From NCBI GenBank assembly GCA_937625935.1, contig OW569391.1, positions 310,001 through 374,000 of the forward strand: 64,000 bases of DNA. Reading direction: 5' to 3'. The number at the start of each line of letters is the position of its first letter. The first letter of the stretch is position 1. This DNA comes from Tetramitus jugosus (lineage: Eukaryota > Protista > Heterolobosea). Below the pieces are notes generated by a model. That model was not told where the DNA came from, searched no databases, and saw only the letters and a program-made list of their open reading frames with translations. Made by a program: the position numbers and the translations under genes. Below, in pieces: positions 45,388 through 56,292 of this stretch.

Positions 45388-48300
45388 ATGCCAACAGAGA
45401 AAAAAATGGTTCGTTTGGTGGATGCCTCTGCTGATGGCAATGTGTCTGAAGTGTCTAGAATTCTGCGAGCAAAGACAGTTGATATAAACAATGAACGTTT
45501 GGGTGTATGTCACACATTTGAACATCTAATCACAAAAGAGCCATGTGGTAACATTTTGCTTTGATTAGGGAAAAAATTCGCTGCATTTCGCGTCAGAGAA
45601 TGGCCATGCAGCTATTGTTGAGCTGCTATTGCACGGTGGCGCCGATGTGAATGCTAAAGCAACAGTGAGTATTGAAAATATTCTGTAGTGCTCTTGTTCT
45701 ATTGTTTGACACGTTTGTGATATAATATAGAATGTATGTCGTTGATTGCTTGCTGTATTGTGGTTGGTTTAATGTATTGGTAACACATCGAATTAGGATT
45801 GCCATGCTTTGCATTTTGCAGCAAAGGATGGTCATACATCTATTGTTGAGTTGCTGCTGCAGAGTGGTGCTGATGTGAATGCTAAAACAACAGTAAGTAT
45901 AGAAGTCGTTTTCATTTTGCTCTTGTTCATTGTTTTGACACATTTGTGGTATAATAGAATGTAAGTAGTTGGATTTGAGGACTGTCGACTTTATATTAAA
46001 TTGACACTTTCTATGGAATAGAATGTAAGTTGATTGTTTGATGAATTTTTGTTGATTTTGCACTGATTAACCAATTGATAATTTAGGATTGCACTGCTCT
46101 GCATTTTGCAGTGGAGAGTGGACATTTAACTATTGTTGAGTTGTTACTACAGAGTAACTCTGTTGTGAATGCCAAAACTAAAGTTAGTATTGAATATATT
46201 TGCTGATTCACTCTTGTTCGATTGTTTGACACATTTATGTAATAGGCAGTAAGTTTTTATTGGTTGATGAATTGTTATCATTTGGCACTTTTTGACGCAT
46301 TCTATTAGGGTTGCACTGCTCTGCATTTCGCAGCAGGGTATGGCCACACAGCTATTTTTAAGTTATTGTTGCAGCATGGCGCTGATGTTAATGCCAAACC
46401 AAATGTTAGTATTGAATTTTTTTGCTCCTTCAGTATTGTCCAGTTGTTCAATTGTTAACATTTCGATATGATAGGATGTAAGTTGTAAATAGGTTAGTGT
46501 ATCGCTTTTGTTTTTACACTTGTTGACCCATCGAATTAGGAGTGGACTGCTTTACATTTTGCTTCGCAGAATGGTCATGCAGATATAGTCGAATTTTTAT
46601 TGCAGAGTGGTGCTGATGTGAATGCCAAAACAATAGTGAGTATTGAATATGTTATTCATTTTTGTTCGATTGTTCGATTTTTGACACATTTCCTATCTAA
46701 TAGAATGTAAGTCGTTGCTTATTGGGTGAATTATTGTTGATTCTCATTTGACACATTGAATTAGGGTTGCACCGCTTTGTATTTCGCGCTACAATTTGGA
46801 CACAGGAGAATTGTTGAGTTGTTAATTTTATATGGTTCTCTCGTCGATCAAGTTTTAGTAAGTATTTATTCCTCTTCGTCACCGTGCTATTTTCAATTCT
46901 AACATTTTCCTTAAGGACGAGCTCTCTATCTATCCCGAGGTGCTAGAGATGCTGGAGGACAACTGCGTATACATCTACCACAAGATGCAGGAGAGCAAGA
47001 TTCAGGCCATACACGATGTTCATCGTCAAAACTTGATAGATTGGCAGAGAGATCATGCGGCTGGACAGCAAAGAGCAGAATCTGAAATTGAAAATCTAAA
47101 GCTTCAAATAAGACAGGTGCCAAAGGAATTGAGACATATAATACAAAAAGAAACTGATTGGATTCAGAATAACAAGTTTGATACTTTTAAGTACTTGCTC
47201 AATCTCGAGGAATTTGTGGGTGCCAGGCCTGTACTAAATGATAGAGACGAACATCGATTGATGAATGAGATTGAAGAAGGCAGAAAGAAGCACTTGGAGT
47301 TGAACGACAGGATTCAGATCAAAGAAGTTACGATGAGGGAGAGAAAGGAGCTCATTCGAGCAAGGACAAACAATTTGAAAGACTTATTAACAAAGTTAGA
47401 TGATTCAATAGAAATGCGAGGTCGAAAAATAGAGAACTTGTCATGTCAACTAAGATCTGGTGATTTAGCATCAACTGAAACTAAAAACACTGAGAGGAAT
47501 AAGCAGTTCGATGAATTAATGAGGCAAAGGGAAGAATTTCACTCCTCCCTGTCTGTTCTTATTGAAAAATCGCGCTCTTATTTGGATTGTTTGAGTCAAA
47601 GTGAAAATGAGCTTAATCGATTACACACTGGCGAACTGATAGAAAAGAAAAGCAGAATTATGAAGGATGCCAAAGAGGAAATCGAGAGTGTTCGTGTATT
47701 GCAAGATTCATGTAATGGCTTGAAGCAACAAATGCAAGTCTTTGACAAAAATTCAGACGAAGCCCAACACTTGATTGAACAATTCGCAAGTAATAACAAA
47801 CAGAAGAACCAACTTTTAGTCGATTCTATAAAAATTGATTTGGAGATTGCACGGCTACTTGCAGATTCTGATGAGGATGAATCAGAAAGTAATGATGATC
47901 GAATCTCTGAACTAACCAGAGAAAAAGAGGACAAGAAACGAGAGATTGACCAGAATGAGAAAGAGAAGCGAGATTTAGAAAAGAACTTGTCCAAACACGC
48001 ACACTATGGTGAAATCAAGATGTTACTACCAAAATATCAATCAACTGATAGACGAATTAAAGATTTCACATACGTTAGAGATGCTGATGGAAGACATGGC
48101 CCAGTGAAATTGTATGAAAATATCAAAGGAGAGTTAGTGGTGTTAACGAAATTTTTACACGATGGTCAACACTGTTCATTTGAAAGAGAAGCAGCAATTC
48201 AGAAGTTGAGGCATCCCTTAATCCTTCCAATCAATACTATTTTTTATGAAGGTGATGTTGCCTATGTTGAAGCTCCATTTGTTGAAGGTAGAAGTATGAG

Positions 48301-49999
48301 AGACTGGATGAAAAATGGTAAAGAAAAAACAGGAGTTGAAATACAAAGTATGATTCGTCTTGTTGCCCAAGGCATCCAATATTTGCATAACAAGGGTGTG
48401 ATTCATGGTGATTTAACACCAGAGAGTATCTTGATGAAACAGAATGCCCATGACGAGACATGTATTCCAATCATTTGTGATTTAGAATTGATCAACAACA
48501 AAAATGTTGTATGTAAATCAACCCTTCGCGCAGGAGCCATGAAATACACCAGTCCTGAGCGTACTCTACATAACGAACAACCAAGTACAAAAGCTGATGT
48601 TTGGTCTTTGGGCATTATCATACTGGAATTACTATCATTCCCAAGAGAGATCACAGCCCACATCGCAACTGATCTGAACGAAGTTTCATCCTCATTGAAC
48701 ATCCAACAATGGAATGAGAATCTTCAAGCTGTTACTTCACTATATGAATTGTTAGTTTGTATGCTAAAGGAGGAAGTTGATGAGCGTTTTGAGATTTCGG
48801 ATGTTTTGAATCATGCGTTCTTGAACAGCACAATTGAAAAGCAAAAAGCAGCTACAACTAACACAGAGGGGAGACTGAGTCGAATGAAGCAACGCATATC
48901 AAATAAGATTCTCACGGCAGATCAGAGCACACATGTCGTGAGATTGAGCGAGACCAATCATTTGATGGAGCAATTACTCGATACTTTCTATTCGATGACG
49001 AACGACGAAATAGTTAAGAAGTTAATTGTGAGTTTTGACAGTGAAGAGGCAATTGGTTCTAGTACCCTAACGACATCACTCTACTCAACGCTATTCAATG
49101 AGGTAGCAGGAACCTTGCTCGAGAAAGTGGACAATGGTAACTTGTTCATTCCTATGTGTGACGATAGTGAAGATCAAACCAAGCAAATGGTAAATGAAGA
49201 GAAGTTCGAAGCAATGGGAAAAGCATTGATCAAGATAATATTGGATCAAAAGACTATACCATTGTGTCTCGCTCCATATTTTATGAGATACTTACTCTGT
49301 AGTGATGAGAAGGAATGTGATTTCGAAAACTCCATGATATTCATGAGAGATGTCGATATGATTGATTCAGAGTTTGGAAGAACTATGAGGCACATAATGG
49401 CCGTGAATGACTTTGATAGTTTATGTCTTAATTTTACCGTAATTGATGCGAATGACAACAGAATTGTTGACAAGTCCAACAAGAAGGAATTCATCAAGAA
49501 GAGAATACAAAAGAAACTTTTTGGTGATCGAATGAGGAATATGAAGGCTGTTAGAAAGGGTTTTAGAAGTCTTGTTGAGTTACAGCCATATCTTGACGAG
49601 ATGAATGAAAGAGATTTAGCGATACTAATTGCAGAACAACAATTTGTTGACAAGGAGTTTTTGTTGGAGAATTGTATTGATTGTAGAGGCGATGCCAATG
49701 ATTGTTCCAATTTGATTCATGTACTGCAATCATTGAACAATGAACAATTGCAATTGCTGTTATTTTTTGCAACAGGTCAAGCTGGAATGTTCAATGGAGG
49801 ATCTAATGAAGCATTGTGGAATTCCAATGATACCACACCATACAGAAGAGATTGCATTACATTCAGATTCTATGATCCATCAGAGAATGAAGATAGTTTA
49901 CCCGTAGCACACTTATGCTTCTATTGTATCGATATGCCAAAGTGTGATTCAGTTGAAATGATGAAAACGAAGCTGATTCGAGCGATAGAAGCGTTATAA
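45388..49999 (+). CDS. Ankyrin-repeat / coiled-coil / kinase-like / HECT E3 ligase, about 1263 aa. Exons: 45388-45504, 45569-45664, 45731-45733, 45797-45892, 45958-45960, 46022-46024, 46087-46182, 46246-46248, 46309-46404, 46475-46477, 46540-46635, 46704-46706, 46765-46857, 46916-49999
   Basis: Ankyrin exons such as GKNSLHFASENGHAAIVELLLHGGADVNAKAT are bounded by AG/GT and all phase 0. The last exon has a coiled coil, a kinase fold (IHGDLTPESIL, YTSPE, ADVWSLG) and a HECT C-lobe LPVAHLCFYCIDMP. Confidence 0.85.
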
Positions 50000-50180
50000 T
50001 GAGGATAAGGGAAGGGTTTCAAGATGATCAATAAAGGTTTCGTTTTTTCTGTTTTTGTCTACTGCATGAACTTGAATCATCTTGAGATGAGACGACGAGG
50101 CGGAAGAAAGCGAACTCTTTTCAGGAACTTGTGTTTCCAATAAAAGTCAAAAAAACAGAAACAAACAACAAACACAAAGA

Positions 50181-51185
50181 ATGACAAAGCACAAGCAAAA
50201 GCAATCTCGCCGAGACAAAACCAATGATGATATTTTCACTGACACACAAAAATGGAGTGTGGATAGTTTGAAACAGTTTGCACGAAAGACGTTTCGTGAT
50301 GAAACTTGGTACATACAGGACTACTTTATTACTTATTCTTTTGGTTCTGGAATGCACGTTCAATCCTTTAGGTTCTTTGATTTGTATAATCAGGATATTG
50401 ACAAATTGTTGCAGACACTTGTGACAACTCAAACATTGCTGGTTCATCCATATCCAAAGAAATGTGAAGTATTTGATAAGACCGATGTCAGATTGCCATT
50501 GGTTATTACCTATGATCAACATGTTGATAAGATTGGAAGATTTGAATGGAGACATAGGCGTGTTGTCGAAAGTACTTGGAAAGACTTTGTATTGGATGTA
50601 TGGGACATTCAATGCAGATCAGCAGAAGAGACAAAAGATCATTATGTATTGTTGGATAATTTGTATCAATTGTTCCAGCAAATATACAAGAAAGCAAATA
50701 TGCAACTAGAGAATCAAGCAGTTAAGCCAAATACTCAAGCAGATAGCAAGTCAGTACTGTATGTTCGTAAACTCATTAATGAGGCAAGTACAACTCAAGT
50801 AAGAGAATTATGTGAGCAATATGGCACTGTGAATGCAGTGGAACCAATCTGGGAGAGAGTGTCACCATTTAGTGGTAAACATATGTTGGTCACATTTGAA
50901 AAGGAAGCAGACGCTCGCACAACACAACTAAAATTGAATAGAGCTAATTCTCATCTGGCCAGAACAGACGCCTACACTCCAAAACAATTACTGGTTGAAT
51001 TTGCAGAAGCCAATCTAATCAATGGCATGGATGATCTGATACAATTTGCGCCTGCTCCAAAAAATGTTAAAGTGTTCGTGGAACATGGTTTTTGCACTGG
51101 ATTCCAAGGAGGCTTTAGATATTTTGTTGTGATGCCTGAAACACACTATGTGTACTGTTTCACTGGATACAATGAAGCCAGATGA
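50181..51185 (+). CDS. Hypothetical protein with one internal RRM-like domain
   Basis: VLYVRKL...VRELCEQYGTV...HMLVTFEKEADA...LLVEFAE. Confidence 0.6.
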   Translation: MTKHKQKQSRRDKTNDDIFTDTQKWSVDSLKQFARKTFRDETWYIQDYFITYSFGSGMHVQSFRFFDLYNQDIDKLLQTLVTTQTLLVHPYPKKCEVFDKTDVRLPLVITYDQHVDKIGRFEWRHRRVVESTWKDFVLDVWDIQCRSAEETKDHYVLLDNLYQLFQQIYKKANMQLENQAVKPNTQADSKSVLYVRKLINEASTTQVRELCEQYGTVNAVEPIWERVSPFSGKHMLVTFEKEADARTTQLKLNRANSHLARTDAYTPKQLLVEFAEANLINGMDDLIQFAPAPKNVKVFVEHGFCTGFQGGFRYFVVMPETHYVYCFTGYNEAR

Positions 51186-51324
51186 ATCTTCGTTGTCCAT
51201 GATAAAAAGAACTTGCGGGGTTTTGTTTTCATGTCGGTGCATTTTGTTCCGTCTTGGAACAAAGAGCTCCGGACTCGTTTCTTCGACCTAAAAGCTGCAA
51301 AACTAACAATTCATACCACACCAA

Positions 51325-52164
51325 ATGAACGATCCAATCATCCATAAGGACAATCCTGGGTTTTCTTTTTGGATTGATCTCTGCTCTATCCTCAAACCGG
51401 ACACTCACTTGCACAATCTCAATCTCAGAAAACTCGATCCAATGACCAAGTTACCCAATGAAGAAAAGGAGGTGATTCTCACTGAGTTCAAGAATGCACA
51501 AGAGAGAACAAAGAGCAGTTGTTGCCAAGTCCATCACATCTTGCTAAAGTTGGGAAGTCACATTCTCAGTGATGTCCACCAACAAGAGGTCTCGTTACTG
51601 ACCGATATATTGGCGCAGCTCGAACATTTGGGAATGAGCAGTAGCAAGTTGGTTGCATTTGTCCACACATGTCGAGCTATGCTCTATTATCGCCATAAAC
51701 GCTTCATGGATGCAGTCGACGACCTGAATATTGCCATTTCGATTGATTCCCAACATTCAGGTGCTTATTGTAATCGTGCGTTGAGTAGGTTGGACAGTAT
51801 CAACGAATTGGGATTAATTTCGACAATTTCGACAAATCTGTCCATTTGGAACGATATATCAGAATCAATTCGCCTTGACTCCACTTATACACGACCCTAC
51901 TGTGTCAGAGCAAAGATTCATGTGTTGTGTAGCGACCATCATCGGGCACTGAAAGAAGTTGCGGTAGCTTTTTCTTTTGATCCATCCTGCCGGAGGGTAA
52001 ATGACTGGATGGCATTTCTTTATGGCCGAGTTGGCAAGTATGTGTGTTCGTATTGGCATAACTCGTTCATCCTTGATAGTGTAGATAGTGCAGCTACCGA
52101 TCGCCGGCGACTAATGTTGAAGAACAAAATGTATCAGGCGAGCAAAGATCCATTGTTCTCTTGA
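51325..52164 (+). CDS. TPR-repeat protein
   Basis: TPR-like RAMLYYRHKRFMDAVDDLNIAISIDSQHSGAYCNRA and SESIRLDSTYTRPYCVRAKI. Confidence 0.65.
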   Translation: MNDPIIHKDNPGFSFWIDLCSILKPDTHLHNLNLRKLDPMTKLPNEEKEVILTEFKNAQERTKSSCCQVHHILLKLGSHILSDVHQQEVSLLTDILAQLEHLGMSSSKLVAFVHTCRAMLYYRHKRFMDAVDDLNIAISIDSQHSGAYCNRALSRLDSINELGLISTISTNLSIWNDISESIRLDSTYTRPYCVRAKIHVLCSDHHRALKEVAVAFSFDPSCRRVNDWMAFLYGRVGKYVCSYWHNSFILDSVDSAATDRRRLMLKNKMYQASKDPLFS

Positions 52165-53120
52165 GAAGCTTTCCTTAGAGCTTTTTCATCATGAAATGCT
52201 GCTTCGCTCCACACATGACCAAAGGTAAGAATCACGCATGGATGCAATATGAATTGCGAAAACAATGGTTGACCGAGCGTTAATTCCTTCAAACTGGTTT
52301 CATCTTAACCAAAAAAATTGTTTACACTCACCATCATTTTCATAACTTTGGCCATACAATAAGATCCAAATTTGTTGACATTTCGCCTCGTTCACTTGTT
52401 GTATTATTGTGTTTAGATGACTTTGCTGTGTTTTCACTCTTCCTCTCGTTTTCGTCGTTGATTCTACTATGGTTTTTTGGAGGAGAAGTTGCGCCAGTTG
52501 TAGATGAGTCAGACACATTGCCCGACGTTCACAAGTCCCCGCTCTCGTTGCTGAGCGAGAACTGGCGAGCCTCTCCACGGACACCCCAGATGGCGATGCG
52601 AAAAAGAACATGTGAGTCTTGGTCTCCGGGCGAACCTTGTGGAATTTTAAGAAGAACGATAATGAACCAAGGATGAGGTCACTGGGAGCCGGGCATCGAT
52701 TAACTGCAAAGAAACGGTTATCATCTACACCTACAAGACTGGCGGAAGATCGAACTAGGTTCATGGGGTTCGTTTGATCAAAAAGGATAATGAAAGGAAG
52801 CTACTACTATCCGAGAAACATGGATCCTTTATCGATCTCACAATTTGGCTTTCCCCAATACAAAATAAATAGACTGGCATGATTGTTCTCTTCAAAGCAG
52901 AGCCAACGAAAATGATCTATGTAGAGCTTGAGTCACAGGCATGACCACAGTACTCGCACCCTTTACACAACGAGCATTCTCCACGAAAACACAAGATTCC
53001 ATGCGAGGCGATTTGATGTTCTGATGTGCCTCGACCCTTGACGAACCGCCAAGCAATGATGACTTGTTCAGGCGCGGAATAAAAACGACTTGTTCAACAA
53101 AAAAAACGAAAAGAACAACG

Positions 53121-54524
53121 ATGAGTCAGCAGTGCAACGAAGGCAATCAAGAAACTACGACCACTGCGACTGTTGTACAACCAGTGATTCCAACAGGAAT
53201 CAGGTTTCATCACAATGGTCGGGTCGTTGCCAAGGGGATATTAGAGTACATTGACAAGATTTATTCTGTGGTGACACTCAAAACGATAAAGGCTGAATTG
53301 AACGATCTTCCTGTGCCATTTCGGGAACTCAAAGCAGGACAACAATTTTCAAAGGTGCATGAAATTTTGGAAAAGTTGTACCCAAAGACGAACAAGAATC
53401 CTGTGACGACTTGGGTTGCGAGAGTATCGGTTAAAGTTGGTGAAGAATGGAAATTGATTGAAAATGGAAACAGAGATAAGCCATCGAAGAATGGTGTTGA
53501 TCTGAATGAGTCTGTTGCGAAAAAGAGAAGGTTCTCAAGAAAGGAACTTGCAGAGCATGCAGTCAATAAGAGAAAAAGAGAAGAGTTTTATCACATGTTT
53601 CGGAGCGATTCTAGCAACTCAAAGAATGTATCTCGGGTATCTGATGAGAATAGCGATAGTGACATTGAAGAAAGCAACACGACTGGCGCTTCTTCAACTT
53701 GTCCTGTGGAAATCACTGAAGATGTATCTGATGATCCAGTAAACCCAAGACTACCCTCAACCATTCCAATTCCCACTGGCATTAGATTTCTCAAGGATCG
53801 CAGCATGGTTGCACAAGGTGAACTCCTTTTTGTTGACAGTCAATACTCTGTTGTGCATCTAGACAATGTGGTTGACCGCAAAGACATTGTTCCACAAGTC
53901 AAGAAGTTGAAAGGAGTCACTTTTTCAAGAATTGGCCTCTTTTTGGATCTTCTCTATCCCAAGAAGGGCAAAGCTTCGAATCGTTGGGCAGGAAGAGTTG
54001 AAATCATGGTTCGTGGCAAGTGGGAGATTTTCAAGTACAAAGACCCTAGTCAAACGACAGAGTGTCTCACAAGAGAGTACTTGATAAGTCATTGTGTGAA
54101 TAGGAACAAAAGAGAGCAATTCAATCATCTTACAATGGATATCCTTCCAAAGAAGCGAAATCGTGAAGATGATGATGATGATGATGACGATGAGAATGAC
54201 TCTGACAATACTACTTTTATTAAACCAACATCAAAGAAAAGCAGACTTACAGAGACTCCGCATTCACCCTCGACTACAGAAAGAACCAACTCAACAACGA
54301 TAGAATCATCTGAACAAGAATCATCGCTCCAAACACCAGTATCACGGTCATTGAGTGACGCTGACCCACTTGCTGATCACATAAGGTTAGTGCTTGATAA
54401 ACTGATTCAGATTGATGATGAAATCAAACGAAAACGGGATGCGATCATTCAATTGCAAGAAGAAATGAAAAAGTTAGAGGAGGAAAAAGCAACATTTAGG
54501 CGGTTGTTCACTCCTTACCTCTAA
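53121..54524 (+). CDS. Unknown family, member A: two copies of an about 110-aa domain, acidic/NLS linker, C-terminal coiled coil
   Basis: First ATG at 53121. The repeated pattern IPTGIRF...VAxG.L..D..YSVV.L...LYPK...W..RV....G.W occurs twice. Confidence 0.8.
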   Translation: MSQQCNEGNQETTTTATVVQPVIPTGIRFHHNGRVVAKGILEYIDKIYSVVTLKTIKAELNDLPVPFRELKAGQQFSKVHEILEKLYPKTNKNPVTTWVARVSVKVGEEWKLIENGNRDKPSKNGVDLNESVAKKRRFSRKELAEHAVNKRKREEFYHMFRSDSSNSKNVSRVSDENSDSDIEESNTTGASSTCPVEITEDVSDDPVNPRLPSTIPIPTGIRFLKDRSMVAQGELLFVDSQYSVVHLDNVVDRKDIVPQVKKLKGVTFSRIGLFLDLLYPKKGKASNRWAGRVEIMVRGKWEIFKYKDPSQTTECLTREYLISHCVNRNKREQFNHLTMDILPKKRNREDDDDDDDDENDSDNTTFIKPTSKKSRLTETPHSPSTTERTNSTTIESSEQESSLQTPVSRSLSDADPLADHIRLVLDKLIQIDDEIKRKRDAIIQLQEEMKKLEEEKATFRRLFTPYL

Positions 54525-54756
54525 CCACCACAAGTTACTTCTAAACTAGGGTTGATTCATCAATTTTGCACTTATCAAATAAGGACACGACTTTGCGAGT
54601 CATGGGAGAACTACTTCGGCTTTGATGATCAAGTGTACAACATTGAGTGGACTTGCCCAGAGCGTCTGGACGCACTGGAAAAAAGTGTCGGCTCGCCAAA
54701 AAAAAGGAAAGCAACAAAAGAAAGCACACAACAAAAAAAAAGCACACATCTAGACC

Positions 54757-55563
54757 ATGTCCCAAGCTCCTCTACCAAAACCACTTCCACCATCCATCTC
54801 AATTCCCTGTGATATCAGATTTCATAGGGATAATAAGGTTGTTGCCAGTGGTGAATTACTATTTCTTGATAGTAAAATGTCTGTTGTGAACATCAAGAGT
54901 GTGGCAGATCGTAAAGATATTCCCAAAGAAATCAAGGATATGAAAGGAGTGACTATTCCAAAAATTGGTCAATTACTTGATTTACTTTATCCTAGATTGA
55001 CCAAAGCTACTAATCATTGGGCAGGAAGAGTTTCAATAAAGTTGGGTGCAGAATGGGAGTTGTTCAAGTACAATGATCCTACTGGGGAGAGAACCAATTT
55101 GACCAAAGATTATTTGGTACTTCATTGTAAGAACAAGAACCAAAAACGCCAGTACAGGCACCTGCTATCTATCAACTCTTCAAAGAAGCCAGCACGTCAA
55201 CATGAAACTAAAAAGCATATTGAAGATGATTCTGACGATTCCGATCTGGATCAGAGCTATTTGGAACCAACATCAAAGAAAAGCAAAGTTACGGAGGCAT
55301 CTGATTCGCCCTCGACTACTGAAAGAAGAGCAACAAGAAATAGCCCAACAACACCAGAATCCAAGCCACAATCATCCACCTCTTCTATCACAAATGCCCT
55401 TGACGAACAAGCTCGTTCTATGATGTCCGTAATTGATAATCAAATTGCAGAAGAAACTGAGAAAATGGAAGAAGCAAAAGTTAAATACCATAAATTGCGA
55501 GATAATGTTAATGTACTGAAGAGGAAAAGAGAAGCCTTAGATCAGTTCTATCAAACAAAGTGA
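54757..55563 (+). CDS. Unknown family, member B: one domain plus coiled-coil tail shared with member F
   Basis: IPCDIRFHRDNKVVASGELLFLD...LLYPR...NHWAGRVSIKLGAEWELFKY; the tail is nearly identical to that of 59789-61180. Confidence 0.8.
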   Translation: MSQAPLPKPLPPSISIPCDIRFHRDNKVVASGELLFLDSKMSVVNIKSVADRKDIPKEIKDMKGVTIPKIGQLLDLLYPRLTKATNHWAGRVSIKLGAEWELFKYNDPTGERTNLTKDYLVLHCKNKNQKRQYRHLLSINSSKKPARQHETKKHIEDDSDDSDLDQSYLEPTSKKSKVTEASDSPSTTERRATRNSPTTPESKPQSSTSSITNALDEQARSMMSVIDNQIAEETEKMEEAKVKYHKLRDNVNVLKRKREALDQFYQTK

Positions 55564-55622
55564 GAACTGGAACTGATCTCGAGTAAAGAGCAATAAACTG
55601 TGTACATTAACTCATTCTTGGT
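55346..55622. repeat. Left arm of a 277-bp near-perfect inverted repeat (partner 59730-60006)
   Basis: Reverse-complement match with about 3 mismatches by eye, covering the 3' CDS end and 3'UTR of members B and F. Confidence 0.9.
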
Positions 55623-55894
55623 CAGTCTCAAAGTTCGGCCTATGCTGGATACTCTGGTGTCTGTATCTTGCCTGTAACTAGCTCGACCAGATTTCTTTCC
55701 TTGTGTCAGAACCTGAATTGGTCACAACCGACCCATACAGTTGACTGTAGAATATTTCGAACCAGGGCATCAACAAGAACACTAATTGACACGCATGGAG
55801 TGATAGATAAATAATGTTGACACCAACCTTGATCAATGTTAAACCAATGAAAGGATATTGGCTTGCCATTTTCTGCGCGGTTGCGCGGCGCACA

Positions 55895-55950
55895 CCGCGG
55901 TTTTCAACGGCACACTCACTGGTTGCAGAATGTGCCTTTGAAAACCGCGG
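55895..55950. repeat. GC-rich palindrome/hairpin
   Basis: CCGCGGTTTTCAACGGCACACTC - 10-nt loop - GAATGTGCCTTTGAAAACCGCGG: a 23-bp stem with 2 mismatches. Confidence 0.8.
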
Positions 55951-56292
55951 ATTGACATCTTGGCACCGCGGCGACACCATAACACGACCATCCAGATGAT
56001 ACAAGTCGGCAAGTCCTGTAGATGCTGACCAACACCAGCGTTAAGCATGTGCAGAACGCACACGATGCGTAGGTTGCGCAATGCACATCTGCGGTGACTC
56101 GCTGTTCGTTGAATGTTCGTATTTTTTTAGCATGATGTGTGATGCTTTTGATGGAGCCACAATTTCTCCCATTGGCCACTGTTTTTCTTACAACAAGATT
56201 TGGGTCACCTCAAACCACTATTTAAAGGTGGTACCAACTTTCTCTGAAGAGAAAAACAACAAACTTAAATCATACCAACCATCTTTTCTGTA

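Noticed and set aside
45569-46857. Regularly spaced repeats with variable spacers, superficially CRISPR-like
   Set aside because: The units translate as ankyrin repeats bounded by splice sites; no cas genes; eukaryotic context.
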